The notes below the pieces were generated by a model that saw only the letters and a list, made by a program, of their open reading frames with translations, was not told the origin of the DNA and ran no database searches. A stretch of 64,000 nucleotides of DNA from an uncultured bacterium (GTDB lineage: Bacteria; Eisenbacteria; RBG-16-71-46). Positions within the stretch are counted from its first letter, which is position 1; each line of letters begins with the position of its first letter. The stretch covers positions 102,621-166,620 of the forward strand of contig CAZSQX010000002.1 of the NCBI GenBank assembly GCA_964609125.1, read 5' to 3'. Below, in pieces: positions 47,570 to 57,873 of this stretch. The translations under genes were made by a program, and so were the position numbers.

Positions 47570-47787
47570 GCGCTCCTCCTCGCGGAGCCGGGGGCCTCGC
47601 GCGCGGTCGGCGACGCGGTACTCCCCGGCGACCTCGGGCGTCCGTCGCGGGATGCTCCGGCGCCCGCGTCCATGTTCGGGCCGGGAGAGTTTCGGCAACG
47701 GCTCGCGATGGTTACGGGGAGGTAACAAAGCTGCCGGAATGTCCCGGCGGCCCGCGTCTCGGGCGGTGCGCGCGGCGCGGCCGCGCG

Positions 47788-48108
47788 TCAGCGTGCGGAT
47801 CTCACGCGCCGGCGCCGCGCCTCGACCGCCCGGCGCCGCGCCGCGGCTGTCGCCGCCCCGTGGTCGAGCCCCGCGGCGGCGAGCGCCGAGGCCCAGCTCC
47901 CGAACAACCGTCGGGCGCGCGCGTAGAGCGACGGCAGGTCGAGATGGACTCGGAACAGCCGGTCGCGCCCGGCGAGGTCCCGGATGTGCGCGATCACCTC
48001 GTGCGGCTGCATCTCGAGCGGTCGGCCGCGCTTCCGGCGCACGCTCCCGGCGTGGTGCGCGAGCGGCGGCGTGTCCGCGCCGGCGGTGGAGGGAAGGTCA
48101 TCGGTCAA
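47788..48108 (-). CDS. small Arg-rich hypothetical protein
   Basis: Only this ORF lies between the porin promoter region and the secreted-protein gene; no motif recognised. Confidence 0.3.
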   Translation of the reverse strand: MTDDLPSTAGADTPPLAHHAGSVRRKRGRPLEMQPHEVIAHIRDLAGRDRLFRVHLDLPSLYARARRLFGSWASALAAAGLDHGAATAAARRRAVEARRRRVRSAR

Positions 48109-48229
48109 TGCGGGATCCTCCTCGGGATCACGTCCGGCGGATGGCGGCGCGGAGGGAGCGAACCATGCGCCCGGTTACCGGCGGGTTAACGCCGGGTGTC
48201 GGTGGGTTGAAAGCGGCCGTGGCCGTGGC

Positions 48230-48847
48230 TCAGTCCCGCAGGCTCTGCAACTTGAACGACCCGAGTCGCTCCGCGACCGCGCGGACGTGCGGGAGCCGCA
48301 CCTCGCGCCCCTGCTCGTCGCGCACCACGAGCAGGAGCCCGTTGTGGAGGCGGAAGTTCTTGTAGCCCCGCGCCGGCGCCGTCCTCTCCCAGCGCAGGAA
48401 CTCCAGATGCTGGCCGCCCAGCTCGTTCAGGATCTTCGACACGCCGCCGCGCAGCCGGGCGTCGAGCAGGAACCACGCGTCGTCGGCAGTCAGCCCGGTC
48501 GCGGGCCGGCTCTCCGGGAACTCCCGCCACAGGATCCCGGCGAACTCGTCGCGCGTGAGACACAGCCGCCTCAGCGAGTCGGCGCTGGTGTGGTGGATGG
48601 CGTGCACGAGGCGGCGCCCGAGGTCGTCGAGGCTCGACGCACCGTCCCGGAACCGCGCCTGGACGAGCGGCGCGTCCAGCCGGCGGCCGAGGCGGACGCT
48701 CGCCGAGTCGGGGTCGGCCGCGGGCCGGTAGCCCGGCGCGTCGCGCAGCGCGGGGTTCACGTCGTAGGCGTGCACGACCGTGGCGGTGACCAGCAGCGCC
48801 AGGGCGCAGGCCGCGGGGCGGAGCCGGCGGGCCGGGGATCCGATCAT
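48230..48847 (-). CDS. secreted hypothetical protein
   Basis: Signal peptide MIGSPARRLRPAACALALLVTATVVHA; no recognisable domain. Confidence 0.45.
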   Translation of the reverse strand: MIGSPARRLRPAACALALLVTATVVHAYDVNPALRDAPGYRPAADPDSASVRLGRRLDAPLVQARFRDGASSLDDLGRRLVHAIHHTSADSLRRLCLTRDEFAGILWREFPESRPATGLTADDAWFLLDARLRGGVSKILNELGGQHLEFLRWERTAPARGYKNFRLHNGLLLVVRDEQGREVRLPHVRAVAERLGSFKLQSLRD

Positions 48848-48860
48848 CGAGCTCGCCTCC

Positions 48861-51758
48861 TCAGGATCCGAACGAGACCGACAGCGAGAACGCCGGTCCC
48901 GGCTTCGTGCGGTAGTACTCGACCGGACCCTGCCGGCCGGTCACCGTGACGTCGGTCAGGTTGGTGCCCGAGAGCTTCACGCGCACCGCCGGGCGCGGCC
49001 GGGCGCTGACCGAGGCGTCCACGGTGGTGACCGGGTCGTCCCAGAAGTCGGGGGCCACGTCGATGCCGAGCGCCGCGAGCTTGCGGCCGGTGTGCGACAC
49101 GAGCAGCGTGGTCTCGAAGCGCTGGTCCTGGGTCGCCCAGGTGAGCCCGGCGTTCAGCAGCCGGTCGGCCTGGCCCTGGAGCGGATGGACGCGACGCACG
49201 AGCGTGGTCGTGAACGCGGGCAGGCGCACTTCGGAGTCGATCCACGAGGCGTTGGCGTTCAGCGACAGGCGCCGGAGCGGCCGCCACACCCGGCCGAGCG
49301 AGGTCCGCAGCTCCAGCTCGAGCCCGCGGTTGCGGCCCGACTCCGAGTTCGTGGGCGTGAAGTAGGGCTCGTTGCCGCCGCGCGCCGACAGCTCCACGGG
49401 CTGCAACAGCCCCTTGTGGAACACGCCGACCGCGACCAGCTCGCCGAGCGAGGGAAACAGCTCCCAGCGCACGTCGTAGTTGTCGAGCCGCGCCCGGTCC
49501 AGGTCGGGGTTCCCGGTGAACACGAAACCCGGCAGGTCGCGCAGGCCGGGGACGTAGTCCTCGATCTGCTGTGGCGCCAGCTCGTTCACGTCCGGACGGG
49601 ACAGCGTGCGGCTCGCGCCGAGGCGCAGGCTCATGCTCTCGCGCGGATTCCACGTCAGGTTCGCGGACGGGAGCAGGTCGGTGTGGTCGAACTCCCCGAA
49701 CGCGGTGGTGTGCCCGTCGAACAGGTGGAAGCTGCGCACGCGCTGCATGCCGTACTCGAGCCGGGCGCCCAGCGTGGCCCGCAGGCGCGGGCCCAGCGGC
49801 AGGTCGAGGCTCATGAACGTGGCGGCCTGGTACTGCTGGGCGCCGTAGTTGTCGTCCGGGCGGGTCCATTCACGCACGTCCGCGCCCTGGAGCGTCCCGG
49901 TCCAGCGCTCCGGCGCGAACATCTCGCCGGGGGACAAGGTGTCGCCGCCGGGCGGCGGCACGAAGTAGAACCGCCGCATCCAGAACCGGCGCTCCTTCCA
50001 CTGGTCGCTGATCCCGGCCAGCCAGCGGCCCTGGCCCAGCCCGCCGGCGCGGAACGGCGTGCTCCACGACAGCTCGGCGCCGCGCCCGCGCTCGTCCATG
50101 TCGCTGAACTCGCGCGTGGCGCCACGGGTCTGTCCGCGCAGCGACCAGATCTCGCGCACCACGTCGTTGCCGTCCGGGTCCGTGAGCACGATGTCGCTGC
50201 GCTGGTAGTTCGATTCGCGCATGTCGGGCACCACGCGATCGGCGCGCGAGCGGCTCAGCTTCCAGTCCACGCGGCTGCCGTTCAGCGAACGGAACTCGTG
50301 CCGTCCCTCCAGGCTCCCGGTCAGGATGCTGCGCTCGACGTAGCGCAGGCGGTCGGAGCGGATGCGGTCCTGGATGTCCTCGCTGAAGCCATCGAACGAG
50401 CGCACCTCGTCCTCGGCGTCGCGGTTGTAGAAGCCGCGCAGGTGCAGCGAGTGCGCGGGCGCGAGGCGCACGCCCACCGCCGCCAGGCCGCCGAGTTGCA
50501 CTCGATCGCTGCCGCGCTCGACGCCGTAGTCGAACCGGGGCTGGTCGGGGACGCCGTTCGCGAAGTCCTGGCCCACGTAGTAGCGCGAGCGCTCGGTCTG
50601 GATCTCCTGGGACCGGCTGTAGTTCCCGGACGCGAGCACGCCCACCGAGCGGCCGAACAGCCGGTACTCGTCCCCGAACGAGGCCGCGTAGCTGCCGTTC
50701 GGAGCGACCGAGCCCCGCTCCGGCGTCCACTCCTGGTCGAAGCCGCGGCCGATCTCGGCGCGCTCGGCCGACGTGAGGCCGGTGCCGAGCACGCTGTTGT
50801 ACGTGGTCACGGGCTGCGTCGACGCGAGCCGCTGCAGCGCGCCCGGCAGCGCGCGGGCCGACGCGCCGAGCCCCCACGAGTCGCGTCCCGAGCCGGCGTA
50901 GCGCAGGCCGCGCTCGAACGTGCTCCCGTCGTCCACGCCCTGGCCCGCCGAGAACGACCATTGCCGCCGGCCGGGAAAGTCCTTGGTCTTCACCTGCACG
51001 TCGCCGCCCCCGAACTCCGCCGGGCGATCGGCGGTGTAGGTCTTCTGCACCGTGATGTTCTCGAGCAGGTTCGCCGGGATGATGTCGAGCGGCACGACGC
51101 GCTTGTTGAGCTCGGGCGAGGCGAGCCGGACCCCGTCCACCTCGGTCGAGCTGTAGCGCTCGCCCAGACCCCGCACGTACACGAACTTCCCCTCGTTGAC
51201 CGAGAGCCCGGTGACGCGCTTGAGCACGTCGCCGGCGTCCTTGTCGGGCGAGCGCCGCATCTGCTCGGCGCTCACCGCGTCGGACACCGCGGCGGCCTTG
51301 CGGCGGATCGCGAGCAGGGCGTTGTCGGTGTCCTGGGCGCGGCGCGCCTCGACGACGATCTCCTCCTGCTCGATCGCCTCGGGCGTGAGCGGCACGAGCA
51401 GCTCCTCGGACGGCGCGGCGCCCACGCGCACCCCCGCCAGCTCCTTGCGCGCGTAGGAGAGCGCCTGCACACGCAACGTGTAGATCCCGGGGGCGGCAAG
51501 CAGCTCGAACGTGCCGTCGGCGTTCGTCATGCCGCCGACCCGCCGGAGCGTGGTGTCCGCGGGCAGCAACAGCAGGTTGCAGTACGACATGGGCTCGCCG
51601 GTGTCCCTGGCGACGACCTTGCCGCGGACCCTGCCCGGCGGCTGAGCGTTCGCGACGGACACGAGCACCGCCACCGCGAACGTCGCCGCGACGCACAGCG
51701 TCGCGGTCCACTTCGTCGCCCGGGCGGCCGGGGAGCGGGAGTCGTGATTGCGGTTCAT
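48861..51758 (-). CDS. TonB-dependent receptor with N-terminal carboxypeptidase-regulatory-like domain
   Basis: Start at M44 of ORF 48861..51887. Contains CarbopepD_reg-like RVRGKVVARDTGEPMSYCNLLL, a plug domain, and a long beta-barrel. Confidence 0.85.
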   Translation of the reverse strand: MNRNHDSRSPAARATKWTATLCVAATFAVAVLVSVANAQPPGRVRGKVVARDTGEPMSYCNLLLLPADTTLRRVGGMTNADGTFELLAAPGIYTLRVQALSYARKELAGVRVGAAPSEELLVPLTPEAIEQEEIVVEARRAQDTDNALLAIRRKAAAVSDAVSAEQMRRSPDKDAGDVLKRVTGLSVNEGKFVYVRGLGERYSSTEVDGVRLASPELNKRVVPLDIIPANLLENITVQKTYTADRPAEFGGGDVQVKTKDFPGRRQWSFSAGQGVDDGSTFERGLRYAGSGRDSWGLGASARALPGALQRLASTQPVTTYNSVLGTGLTSAERAEIGRGFDQEWTPERGSVAPNGSYAASFGDEYRLFGRSVGVLASGNYSRSQEIQTERSRYYVGQDFANGVPDQPRFDYGVERGSDRVQLGGLAAVGVRLAPAHSLHLRGFYNRDAEDEVRSFDGFSEDIQDRIRSDRLRYVERSILTGSLEGRHEFRSLNGSRVDWKLSRSRADRVVPDMRESNYQRSDIVLTDPDGNDVVREIWSLRGQTRGATREFSDMDERGRGAELSWSTPFRAGGLGQGRWLAGISDQWKERRFWMRRFYFVPPPGGDTLSPGEMFAPERWTGTLQGADVREWTRPDDNYGAQQYQAATFMSLDLPLGPRLRATLGARLEYGMQRVRSFHLFDGHTTAFGEFDHTDLLPSANLTWNPRESMSLRLGASRTLSRPDVNELAPQQIEDYVPGLRDLPGFVFTGNPDLDRARLDNYDVRWELFPSLGELVAVGVFHKGLLQPVELSARGGNEPYFTPTNSESGRNRGLELELRTSLGRVWRPLRRLSLNANASWIDSEVRLPAFTTTLVRRVHPLQGQADRLLNAGLTWATQDQRFETTLLVSHTGRKLAALGIDVAPDFWDDPVTTVDASVSARPRPAVRVKLSGTNLTDVTVTGRQGPVEYYRTKPGPAFSLSVSFGS

Positions 51759-51883
51759 TCGACACCCCTTCGTTCGGGATGGTCCGGGGCCGACGCCGGG
51801 CCCGTGGTCCACGATGCTTCGGAAGACGCCCGGGGGGGGCGGGCCCGCGCCCGCCCCCCTCCGCAGCCCGTCCTGGCGCCCGC

Positions 51884-54800
51884 TCAACGCAGTCGCACGA
51901 ACCGGCCCGTCGCCTGACGGCCGGGCGTGCGGACCCGGTAGAAGTAGGTGCCCGCCGGGAGCTCGCCGGCCTCCCTCCAGGTGACGGTGTGGGCGCCGGC
52001 GTCCCGCTCACCGCGCGCGAGCGTGCGGACGAGGCGGCCGTCGGCGCCGAACACATCGACGTCCACGCGACCCGCGACCGGCAGCGTGAAGCGGATCTGG
52101 AGCTCGTTCCGCACCGGGTTCGGGAGCGCGAACGCCGTGAACGCGGCGTGTCCCGTCCCGCCGACGTCCGCGGTGGCCTGGCTGCACTGGACGCCGGGGC
52201 CGTAGGCGAACGAGCGGTCGGCGCAGTGGTTGCGGAACGTCTCGGCGCCGTTCAGCTCGAGCGCGTTGCTCTTCCAGTAGGCGATGATCGAGTTCAGGAT
52301 CACGGCGCTCGTCCCGCGGCGGAGGAACACGCCGTCCACGACGCCCGAGCCCGCCGTCTTATCGCCGAGGATGGTGAAGTTGGAGAGGGTGGGGAACGAC
52401 CGCCCCGAGCACAGCTCGGTGGCGTTGTTGAACTCGTTGTTGTCCGCCTCGATGCCGCGTTCCGTGCCCGCCGCCCCCGTGATCTGCCGGATCACCACGA
52501 ACTGCGCCTTGCCCCGGTAGCCCATCTGCCAGTCGAAGCCGTCGTCCTCGCCGTAGGTCAGCACCAGGTGGCTCACCTGCGCCGTGCCCCCGAACAGCTC
52601 GAACAGGTCGTCCGAGCTCCGGTGGCTCTGGATGTGGTGGATCTCCGTGCCCGAGCCCACCGCGTTCAGCGTCAGCCCGTTCGCCTCGTTGTTCGGCCCC
52701 ACCTGCACGCCCGCGAACTCCGAACGCAGATAGCGGATCACGCCGCTGTCGTCCGCGTCGTCGTTGCCGCCGTAGTGGCCCACCACCCCGCCCTCCGAGG
52801 CGGCGGAGTCGCCGGCGCACGAGTTCACCGCGTTCGTCCGCGCCCGGCCGTGCACGAAGATGCCGCCGATGCCGCCCGGCGTCTGCGAGCCCGGCGCCGC
52901 GTCCGACGTCAGCACGATCGGCGCGTACGACTCGCCCAGCGCGAAGATCTTCGCCCCGCGCTCGATGATGATGGTGCCGACGGTCGCGGTCTCCTCGAAG
53001 ATGTGCGTGCCGGCCTGGATCGTGAGCGAGGCCTGCTCCTTCACCCGCAGCTGCCCGCGCACCAGGTAGTTCGAGTCCGCCGAGAACGTGCGGTCGGAGT
53101 AGAAGTTGTGGTTGTCCACCACCACCACCGGCCGCACCGGGAACGTCCGGCCCCCGCCGTCCAGCCCGTAGTACGTCCACCCCGCCGTCCAGTCCGGCTC
53201 CGTCGCGCCGAGCGCGCCGGCGAAGTCCACCTGCCGGAAGAAGCCGTCGTTCGGCAGGTCGAGCACCGGGTGCAGGCCGTTCGCGCAGAACGCGGGCGAG
53301 CCCGCCGCCGGCCGCCAGTTCGGGCTCGCGGTGACGAGCGCGCCCGAGAGCAGCGGGTCCAGGTTGCTGTTGCGCGTGAACTGGACCGTGGCGATGCTCA
53401 CCGTCGTCGAGTCGAGACCCGGCACGCACGGGCTGCCCGCCGAGGCCGCGCCCGCGTAGTGGTCGCCGCCCGAGGCGCCGTTGTCCCACAGCAGGTTGCC
53501 GTCGAAGACGACGGGGTCCGGGTTCACGCCGGCCGCGCAGGCCGCCGCGGGCACGAGCCCCGCGACGCCCGCGCGGTCGGCGCAGTGGTTGGCGAACGTC
53601 TCGGCGCCGTTCAGCTCGAGCGCGTTGCTCTTCCAGTAGGCGATGATCGAGTTCAGGATCACGGCGCTCGTCCCGCGGCGGAGGAACACGCCGTCCACGA
53701 CGCCCGAGCCCGCCGTCTTATCGCCGAGGATGGTGAAGTTGGAGAGGGTGGGGAACGACCGCCCCGAGCACAGCTCGGTGGCGTTGTTGAACTCGTTGTT
53801 GTCCGCCTCGATGCCGCGTTCCGTGCCCGCCGCCCCCGTGATCTGCCGGATCACCACGAACTGCGCCTTGCCCCGGTAGCCCATCTGCCAGTCGAAGCCG
53901 TCGTCCTCGCCGTAGGTCAGCACCAGGTGGCTCACCTGCGCCGTGCCCCCGAACAGCTCGAACAGGTCGTCCGAGCTCCGGTGGCTCTGGATGTGGTGGA
54001 TCTCCGTGCCCGAGCCCACCGCGTTCAGCGTCAGCCCGTTCGCCTCGTTGTTCGGCCCCACCTGCACGCCCGCGAACTCCGAACGCAGATAGCGGATCAC
54101 GCCGCTGTCGTCCGCGTCGTCGTTGCCGCCGTAGTGGCCCACCACCCCGCCCTCCGAGGCGGCGGAGTCGCCGGCGCACGAGTTCACCGCGTTCGTCCGC
54201 GCCCGGCCGTGCACGAAGATGCCGCCGATGCCGCCCGGCGTCTGCGAGCCCGGCGCCGCGTCCGACGTCAGCACGATCGGCGCGTACGACTCGCCCAGCG
54301 CGAAGATCTTCGCCCCGCGCTCGATGATGATGGTGCCGACGGTCGCGGTCTCCTCGAAGATGTGCGTGCCGGCCTGGATCGTGAGCGAGGCCTGCTCCTT
54401 CACCCGCAGCTGCCCGCGCACCAGGTAGTTCGAGTCCGCCGAGAACGTGCGGTCGGAGTAGAAGTTGTGGTTGTCCACCACCACCACCGGCCGCACCGGG
54501 AACGTCCGGCCCCCGCCGTCCAGCCCGTAGTACGTCCACCCCGCCGTCCAGTCCGGCTCCGTCGCGCCGAGCGCGCCGGCGAAGTCCACCTGCCGGAAGA
54601 AGCCGTCGTTCGGCAGGTCGAGCACCGGGTGCAGGCCGTTCGCGCAGAACGCGGGCGAGCCCGCCGCCGGCCGCCAGTTCGGGCTCGCGGTGACGAGCGC
54701 GCCCGAGAGCAGCGGGTCCAGGTTGCTGTTGCGCGTGAACTGGACCGTGGCGATGCTCACCGTCGTCGAGTCGAGACCCGGCACGCACGGGCTGCCCGCC

Positions 54801-54967
54801 GAGGCCGCGCCCGCGTAGAGCCCGGCGCTCGCGCTGAAGACGATGTTGCCGTCGAAGACGACCGGGTTCACCTGGGACTTCGCCGGCGCCGCGAGCGCGG
54901 CCACGAGCGCGAGGGCACGGACCGCCGTGCGGACCGGACGGCGTCCGACCGTGGTGGTGATGCGCAT
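51884..54967 (-). CDS. large secreted protein with internally duplicated ~450-aa module and C-terminal FlgD-Ig/T9SS-type sorting domain
   Basis: AGGAGG RBS; signal peptide MRITTTVGRRPVRTAVRALALVAALAAPAKS; two near-identical modules. C-terminus NPVRNELQIRFTLPVAGRV...GTYFYRV. Confidence 0.7.
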   Translation of the reverse strand: MRITTTVGRRPVRTAVRALALVAALAAPAKSQVNPVVFDGNIVFSASAGLYAGAASAGSPCVPGLDSTTVSIATVQFTRNSNLDPLLSGALVTASPNWRPAAGSPAFCANGLHPVLDLPNDGFFRQVDFAGALGATEPDWTAGWTYYGLDGGGRTFPVRPVVVVDNHNFYSDRTFSADSNYLVRGQLRVKEQASLTIQAGTHIFEETATVGTIIIERGAKIFALGESYAPIVLTSDAAPGSQTPGGIGGIFVHGRARTNAVNSCAGDSAASEGGVVGHYGGNDDADDSGVIRYLRSEFAGVQVGPNNEANGLTLNAVGSGTEIHHIQSHRSSDDLFELFGGTAQVSHLVLTYGEDDGFDWQMGYRGKAQFVVIRQITGAAGTERGIEADNNEFNNATELCSGRSFPTLSNFTILGDKTAGSGVVDGVFLRRGTSAVILNSIIAYWKSNALELNGAETFANHCADRAGVAGLVPAAACAAGVNPDPVVFDGNLLWDNGASGGDHYAGAASAGSPCVPGLDSTTVSIATVQFTRNSNLDPLLSGALVTASPNWRPAAGSPAFCANGLHPVLDLPNDGFFRQVDFAGALGATEPDWTAGWTYYGLDGGGRTFPVRPVVVVDNHNFYSDRTFSADSNYLVRGQLRVKEQASLTIQAGTHIFEETATVGTIIIERGAKIFALGESYAPIVLTSDAAPGSQTPGGIGGIFVHGRARTNAVNSCAGDSAASEGGVVGHYGGNDDADDSGVIRYLRSEFAGVQVGPNNEANGLTLNAVGSGTEIHHIQSHRSSDDLFELFGGTAQVSHLVLTYGEDDGFDWQMGYRGKAQFVVIRQITGAAGTERGIEADNNEFNNATELCSGRSFPTLSNFTILGDKTAGSGVVDGVFLRRGTSAVILNSIIAYWKSNALELNGAETFRNHCADRSFAYGPGVQCSQATADVGGTGHAAFTAFALPNPVRNELQIRFTLPVAGRVDVDVFGADGRLVRTLARGERDAGAHTVTWREAGELPAGTYFYRVRTPGRQATGRFVRLR
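52218..54818. repeat. near-perfect tandem duplication, two ~1.24-kb units with 1359-bp period (approx. 52218..53458 and 53577..54818)
   Basis: Identical six-frame ORFs recur at +1359 (52284/53643 and 52860/54219). Direct reading shows identity from ~52214/53573 to ~53458/54818, with 2 mismatches near the lower junction. Confidence 0.8.
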
Positions 54968-55292
54968 GCTGCCTCCTGGGACTGGTACCGCAGCGGGATG
55001 TCGGTGGCGCGCGCCTTCCGTCGGTGAGCCGACCGCCGGATCCCTCGGGGTTCTCGCCGCAGGGCTCGGCGCGCGCCGGGGGATGTGGGAGGGGCGGGAC
55101 GGCGAAGCGAGGACGTTGATGTGGAGCGCGCGGCGAGCCCGCAGGTGTCATTCCCGAGGGTGTAGACCCGCTCGCCGCGGCCACCCGCTTCCCACGGGGG
55201 ACAGAGTGCGGTGCGGCGAAACGCCGGCCGGTGTCCGCCGTGTTTCGGTCACGTAAGAACCCGCGTCGCCGGAATGCGCGCGACGCGCGGGC

Positions 55293-57056
55293 TCACGCGG
55301 CCGGGGGCGCGAGCCTCGCGGGGATGGAGAAGCGGAACGTCGAGCCCGCCCCGGGCCGGCTCTGCACGGAGACCTCGCCGCCGTGGAGCTGGATCGCGTG
55401 CTTCACGATGCTCAGGCCCAGCCCGGTGCCGCCGCGTGCCGGCCCGCCCTCGCGCGAGCGGGCCTTGTCCACGCGGTAGAACCGCTCGAAGATCCGCGGC
55501 AGGTCGGCCGTCGGGATGCCCGGGCCCGTGTCGCGCACCTCGAACCAGGCCGAGCCCTCACCCGCGCCCACCCGCACCGTAACGCTGCCGCGCTCGGTGT
55601 ACTTGAGGGCGTTGTCGAGCAGGTTGCTCATCGCCTGCTCCACCCGCACGCGGTCCGCTTCGGCCCACGCCGGCCCGCCGGGCTCCAACTCGAGCATGAG
55701 CCCGGTGCGGAGCGAGACGTCCCGCGCCTCGGCCACGAGCCGCGCCGCCAGCTCGCGCAGGTCGAGCCGCTCGCGCCGCAGCGACACGTCGGGGCGCTCC
55801 ATCTCGGCAAGCACGAGCAGGTCCTCCACGAGCGCCTGCAGCCGCACCGCGCCGTCGCGGATCACCCGCACGAAGTGCTCGCGCGCCTCGGGGTCGTCGA
55901 GCGCGCCCTCGAGCAGCGTCTCGGCGTAGCCGCGCAGCGTCGTGAGCGGCGTGCGCAGCTCATGGGACACGTTGGCCACGAAGTCCTGCCGGATACGCTG
56001 CAGCGCCTCGCTCTGCGACAGGTCGTGCAGCACCACGAGCACGGGCTCCGGCTCGGGGCCGCCGAGCGGAGTGACCGTGGCCCGCGCGCTGCCCACGCGG
56101 GTGGCCCAGGGTCTCAGCTCGCGCTCGACGCTGCGCCGCCCGGAGCGCGCGGCGGCGATCATCTCGGCGAGCTCCGGCGTCCGCGTGAAGACCGCGAATG
56201 GCGTGCCCGCCTCGGGCGGGTGCGCGGCGTGCAGCAGCTCCGCCAGCCGGTGGTTCGCGTGCACGACCCGGTCGGAGCCGTCCAGGAGCGCCACGCCGTC
56301 GTCCATGTGCGCGAGGATCTGCTCGCGGTCGTCGCGTTCGCGTCGCAGCGACTCGAGGCGGGCGTCCAGCTCGGAGCGCATCTCGTTCAGCGCCCTGCCC
56401 AGCTGGCCGAGGTCGTCGCGTGGGTCCTCGGGCGCACGCAAGCCGGGCTCGCCCTGGCCGATGCGGCGCGCCACCCGCTGCAGGTCGCGCAGCCGCTCGG
56501 CGAAGCGCGCCCCGAGCCAGGTCAGCGCGAGCAGGCTGGCGAGGAGCGCGACGGACGCGGCGGCCGCGGTGAGCCGCGTCAGCGATCCCGCCACGCGGCT
56601 CACCACCGCGAGCGGCTGCGCCACCCGCAGCACGGCCGCGCCATCGCGCCGCACCGGCACGGCGGCGTACACGTACTCCTCACCGGTCGTGGCCGAGCGG
56701 CGCACCGCGACCCCCTCCCCGCCGGCGAGCGCGCCGCGGACCTCGGGCCGTGCGCCGTGGTTCTCCATGGTCCCGGCGGCGGCGCGCGAGTCGGCGAGCA
56801 CGGCGCCGGTCCCGGCGATCACCGTGGCGCGCAGCCCGAAGCGCTGCTCGAGCGAGTCGGCGGCCGACTGCCAGGACGCCGTATCGGGGCGCGCCCCGCG
56901 CGCCGCCTCGCGGGCCAGGCGCAGGAGCGCCCGGGACTCGTGCTCCACGAGCCAGGCGCGCTGCGACCTCTGCTCCAGCGTGGCCAGCAGCCCGACCGCG
57001 CCGGCCACGATCGCCGCCGGGACGACGATCAGTCGCGCTCGGAGCGAAAGCGTCAC
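55293..57056 (-). CDS. sensor histidine kinase (PhoR-like: TM, HAMP, PAS, HisKA, HATPase)
   Basis: H-box VSHELRTPLT, N/G boxes (NLLDNALKYT, DTGPGIP, GTGLGLSIV). GTG start overlapping the regulator stop (GTGA). Confidence 0.8.
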   Translation of the reverse strand: MTLSLRARLIVVPAAIVAGAVGLLATLEQRSQRAWLVEHESRALLRLAREAARGARPDTASWQSAADSLEQRFGLRATVIAGTGAVLADSRAAAGTMENHGARPEVRGALAGGEGVAVRRSATTGEEYVYAAVPVRRDGAAVLRVAQPLAVVSRVAGSLTRLTAAAASVALLASLLALTWLGARFAERLRDLQRVARRIGQGEPGLRAPEDPRDDLGQLGRALNEMRSELDARLESLRRERDDREQILAHMDDGVALLDGSDRVVHANHRLAELLHAAHPPEAGTPFAVFTRTPELAEMIAAARSGRRSVERELRPWATRVGSARATVTPLGGPEPEPVLVVLHDLSQSEALQRIRQDFVANVSHELRTPLTTLRGYAETLLEGALDDPEAREHFVRVIRDGAVRLQALVEDLLVLAEMERPDVSLRRERLDLRELAARLVAEARDVSLRTGLMLELEPGGPAWAEADRVRVEQAMSNLLDNALKYTERGSVTVRVGAGEGSAWFEVRDTGPGIPTADLPRIFERFYRVDKARSREGGPARGGTGLGLSIVKHAIQLHGGEVSVQSRPGAGSTFRFSIPARLAPPAA

Positions 57057-57751
57057 GCGCCCTCGGGTCCGGGCGGGGCGGCCAGCTTGTAGCCCGCGCC
57101 GAGCACGGTCTCGATCATGCCGTGGTGCTCGCCGAGCTTGGCGCGCAGGCGCCGCACGTGCACGTCCACCGTGCGCGTCTCGCCCACGTAGTCGTAGCCC
57201 CATACCTTGCGCAGCAGCTCGTCGCGCGAGAGCGCCCGGCCGGGATGGCGCGCGAGGAACGCCAGCAGGTCGAACTCGCGCGGCGTGAGGTCGAGCCGGG
57301 AGCCGGCGCAGCTGGCCTCGTGCGCCTCGAGGTCCACCCGGAGCGGCCCGGCCTCCAGCGCTCGCCCGGGGCCGGCGGGCTTCGCCCGGCGGAGCAGCGC
57401 GCGCACGCGCGCCACCAGCTCGCGGGGGCTGAACGGCTTGGTGAGGTAGTCGTCCGCGCCCTGCTCGAAGCCCAGGAGCTTGTCCATCTCGGCCGAGCGC
57501 GCCGTGAGCACGAGCACGGGCAGGTCGTGGGTGAGCGGTTCGGCGCGCACCTCGCGCACGATCTCGAGGCCGTTCAGCCCCGGCAGCATGAGGTCCAGCA
57601 CCAGCGCGTCGGGCCGCGACGCGAACACCTGGCGGAGGCCTTCCTCGCCGTCGCCGGCCGTGGCGACCCGGAAGCCCGCCTTCTCGAGGTTGTAGCGGAC
57701 GAGGTCGCGGATCTCCTTCTCGTCCTCGATCACCATGACCAGGTCGTTCAC
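57053..57751 (-). CDS. OmpR/PhoB-family response regulator
   Basis: Receiver (VMVIEDE, D-box LDLMLPG) plus winged-helix output (TVDVHVRRLRAKL). GTG start. Confidence 0.85.
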   Translation of the reverse strand: MNDLVMVIEDEKEIRDLVRYNLEKAGFRVATAGDGEEGLRQVFASRPDALVLDLMLPGLNGLEIVREVRAEPLTHDLPVLVLTARSAEMDKLLGFEQGADDYLTKPFSPRELVARVRALLRRAKPAGPGRALEAGPLRVDLEAHEASCAGSRLDLTPREFDLLAFLARHPGRALSRDELLRKVWGYDYVGETRTVDVHVRRLRAKLGEHHGMIETVLGAGYKLAAPPGPEGA

Positions 57752-57873
57752 GGGGTCCCTCCCGGGCCGAATAGAAGCACCGCCACCCGCCGCCCGTCCA
57801 AGGGCGCCGGTGGCGGGGGTTGCCGGAATGTCGGCGGGCCGCGCGGAACGGTCCGTGCCGGCGCCCTGGTGCT

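Noticed and set aside
47788-48108. Possible regulatory protein upstream of the pst operon
   Set aside because: Kept only as a low-confidence CDS. No motif, Arg-rich, and it could be a GC artefact, so no functional claim is made.
52218-54818. Possible CRISPR array or IS element, because identical ORFs appear twice
   Set aside because: Only two units, 1.24 kb each, no short spacer periodicity, and no transposase. It is a coding tandem duplication inside a surface-protein gene.
51779-55027. 1082-aa plus-strand ORF antisense to the large duplicated gene, and its sub-ORFs 52359..53489 and 53718..55184
   Set aside because: Antisense low-complexity frames. Their exact duplication merely mirrors the sense-strand tandem repeat.
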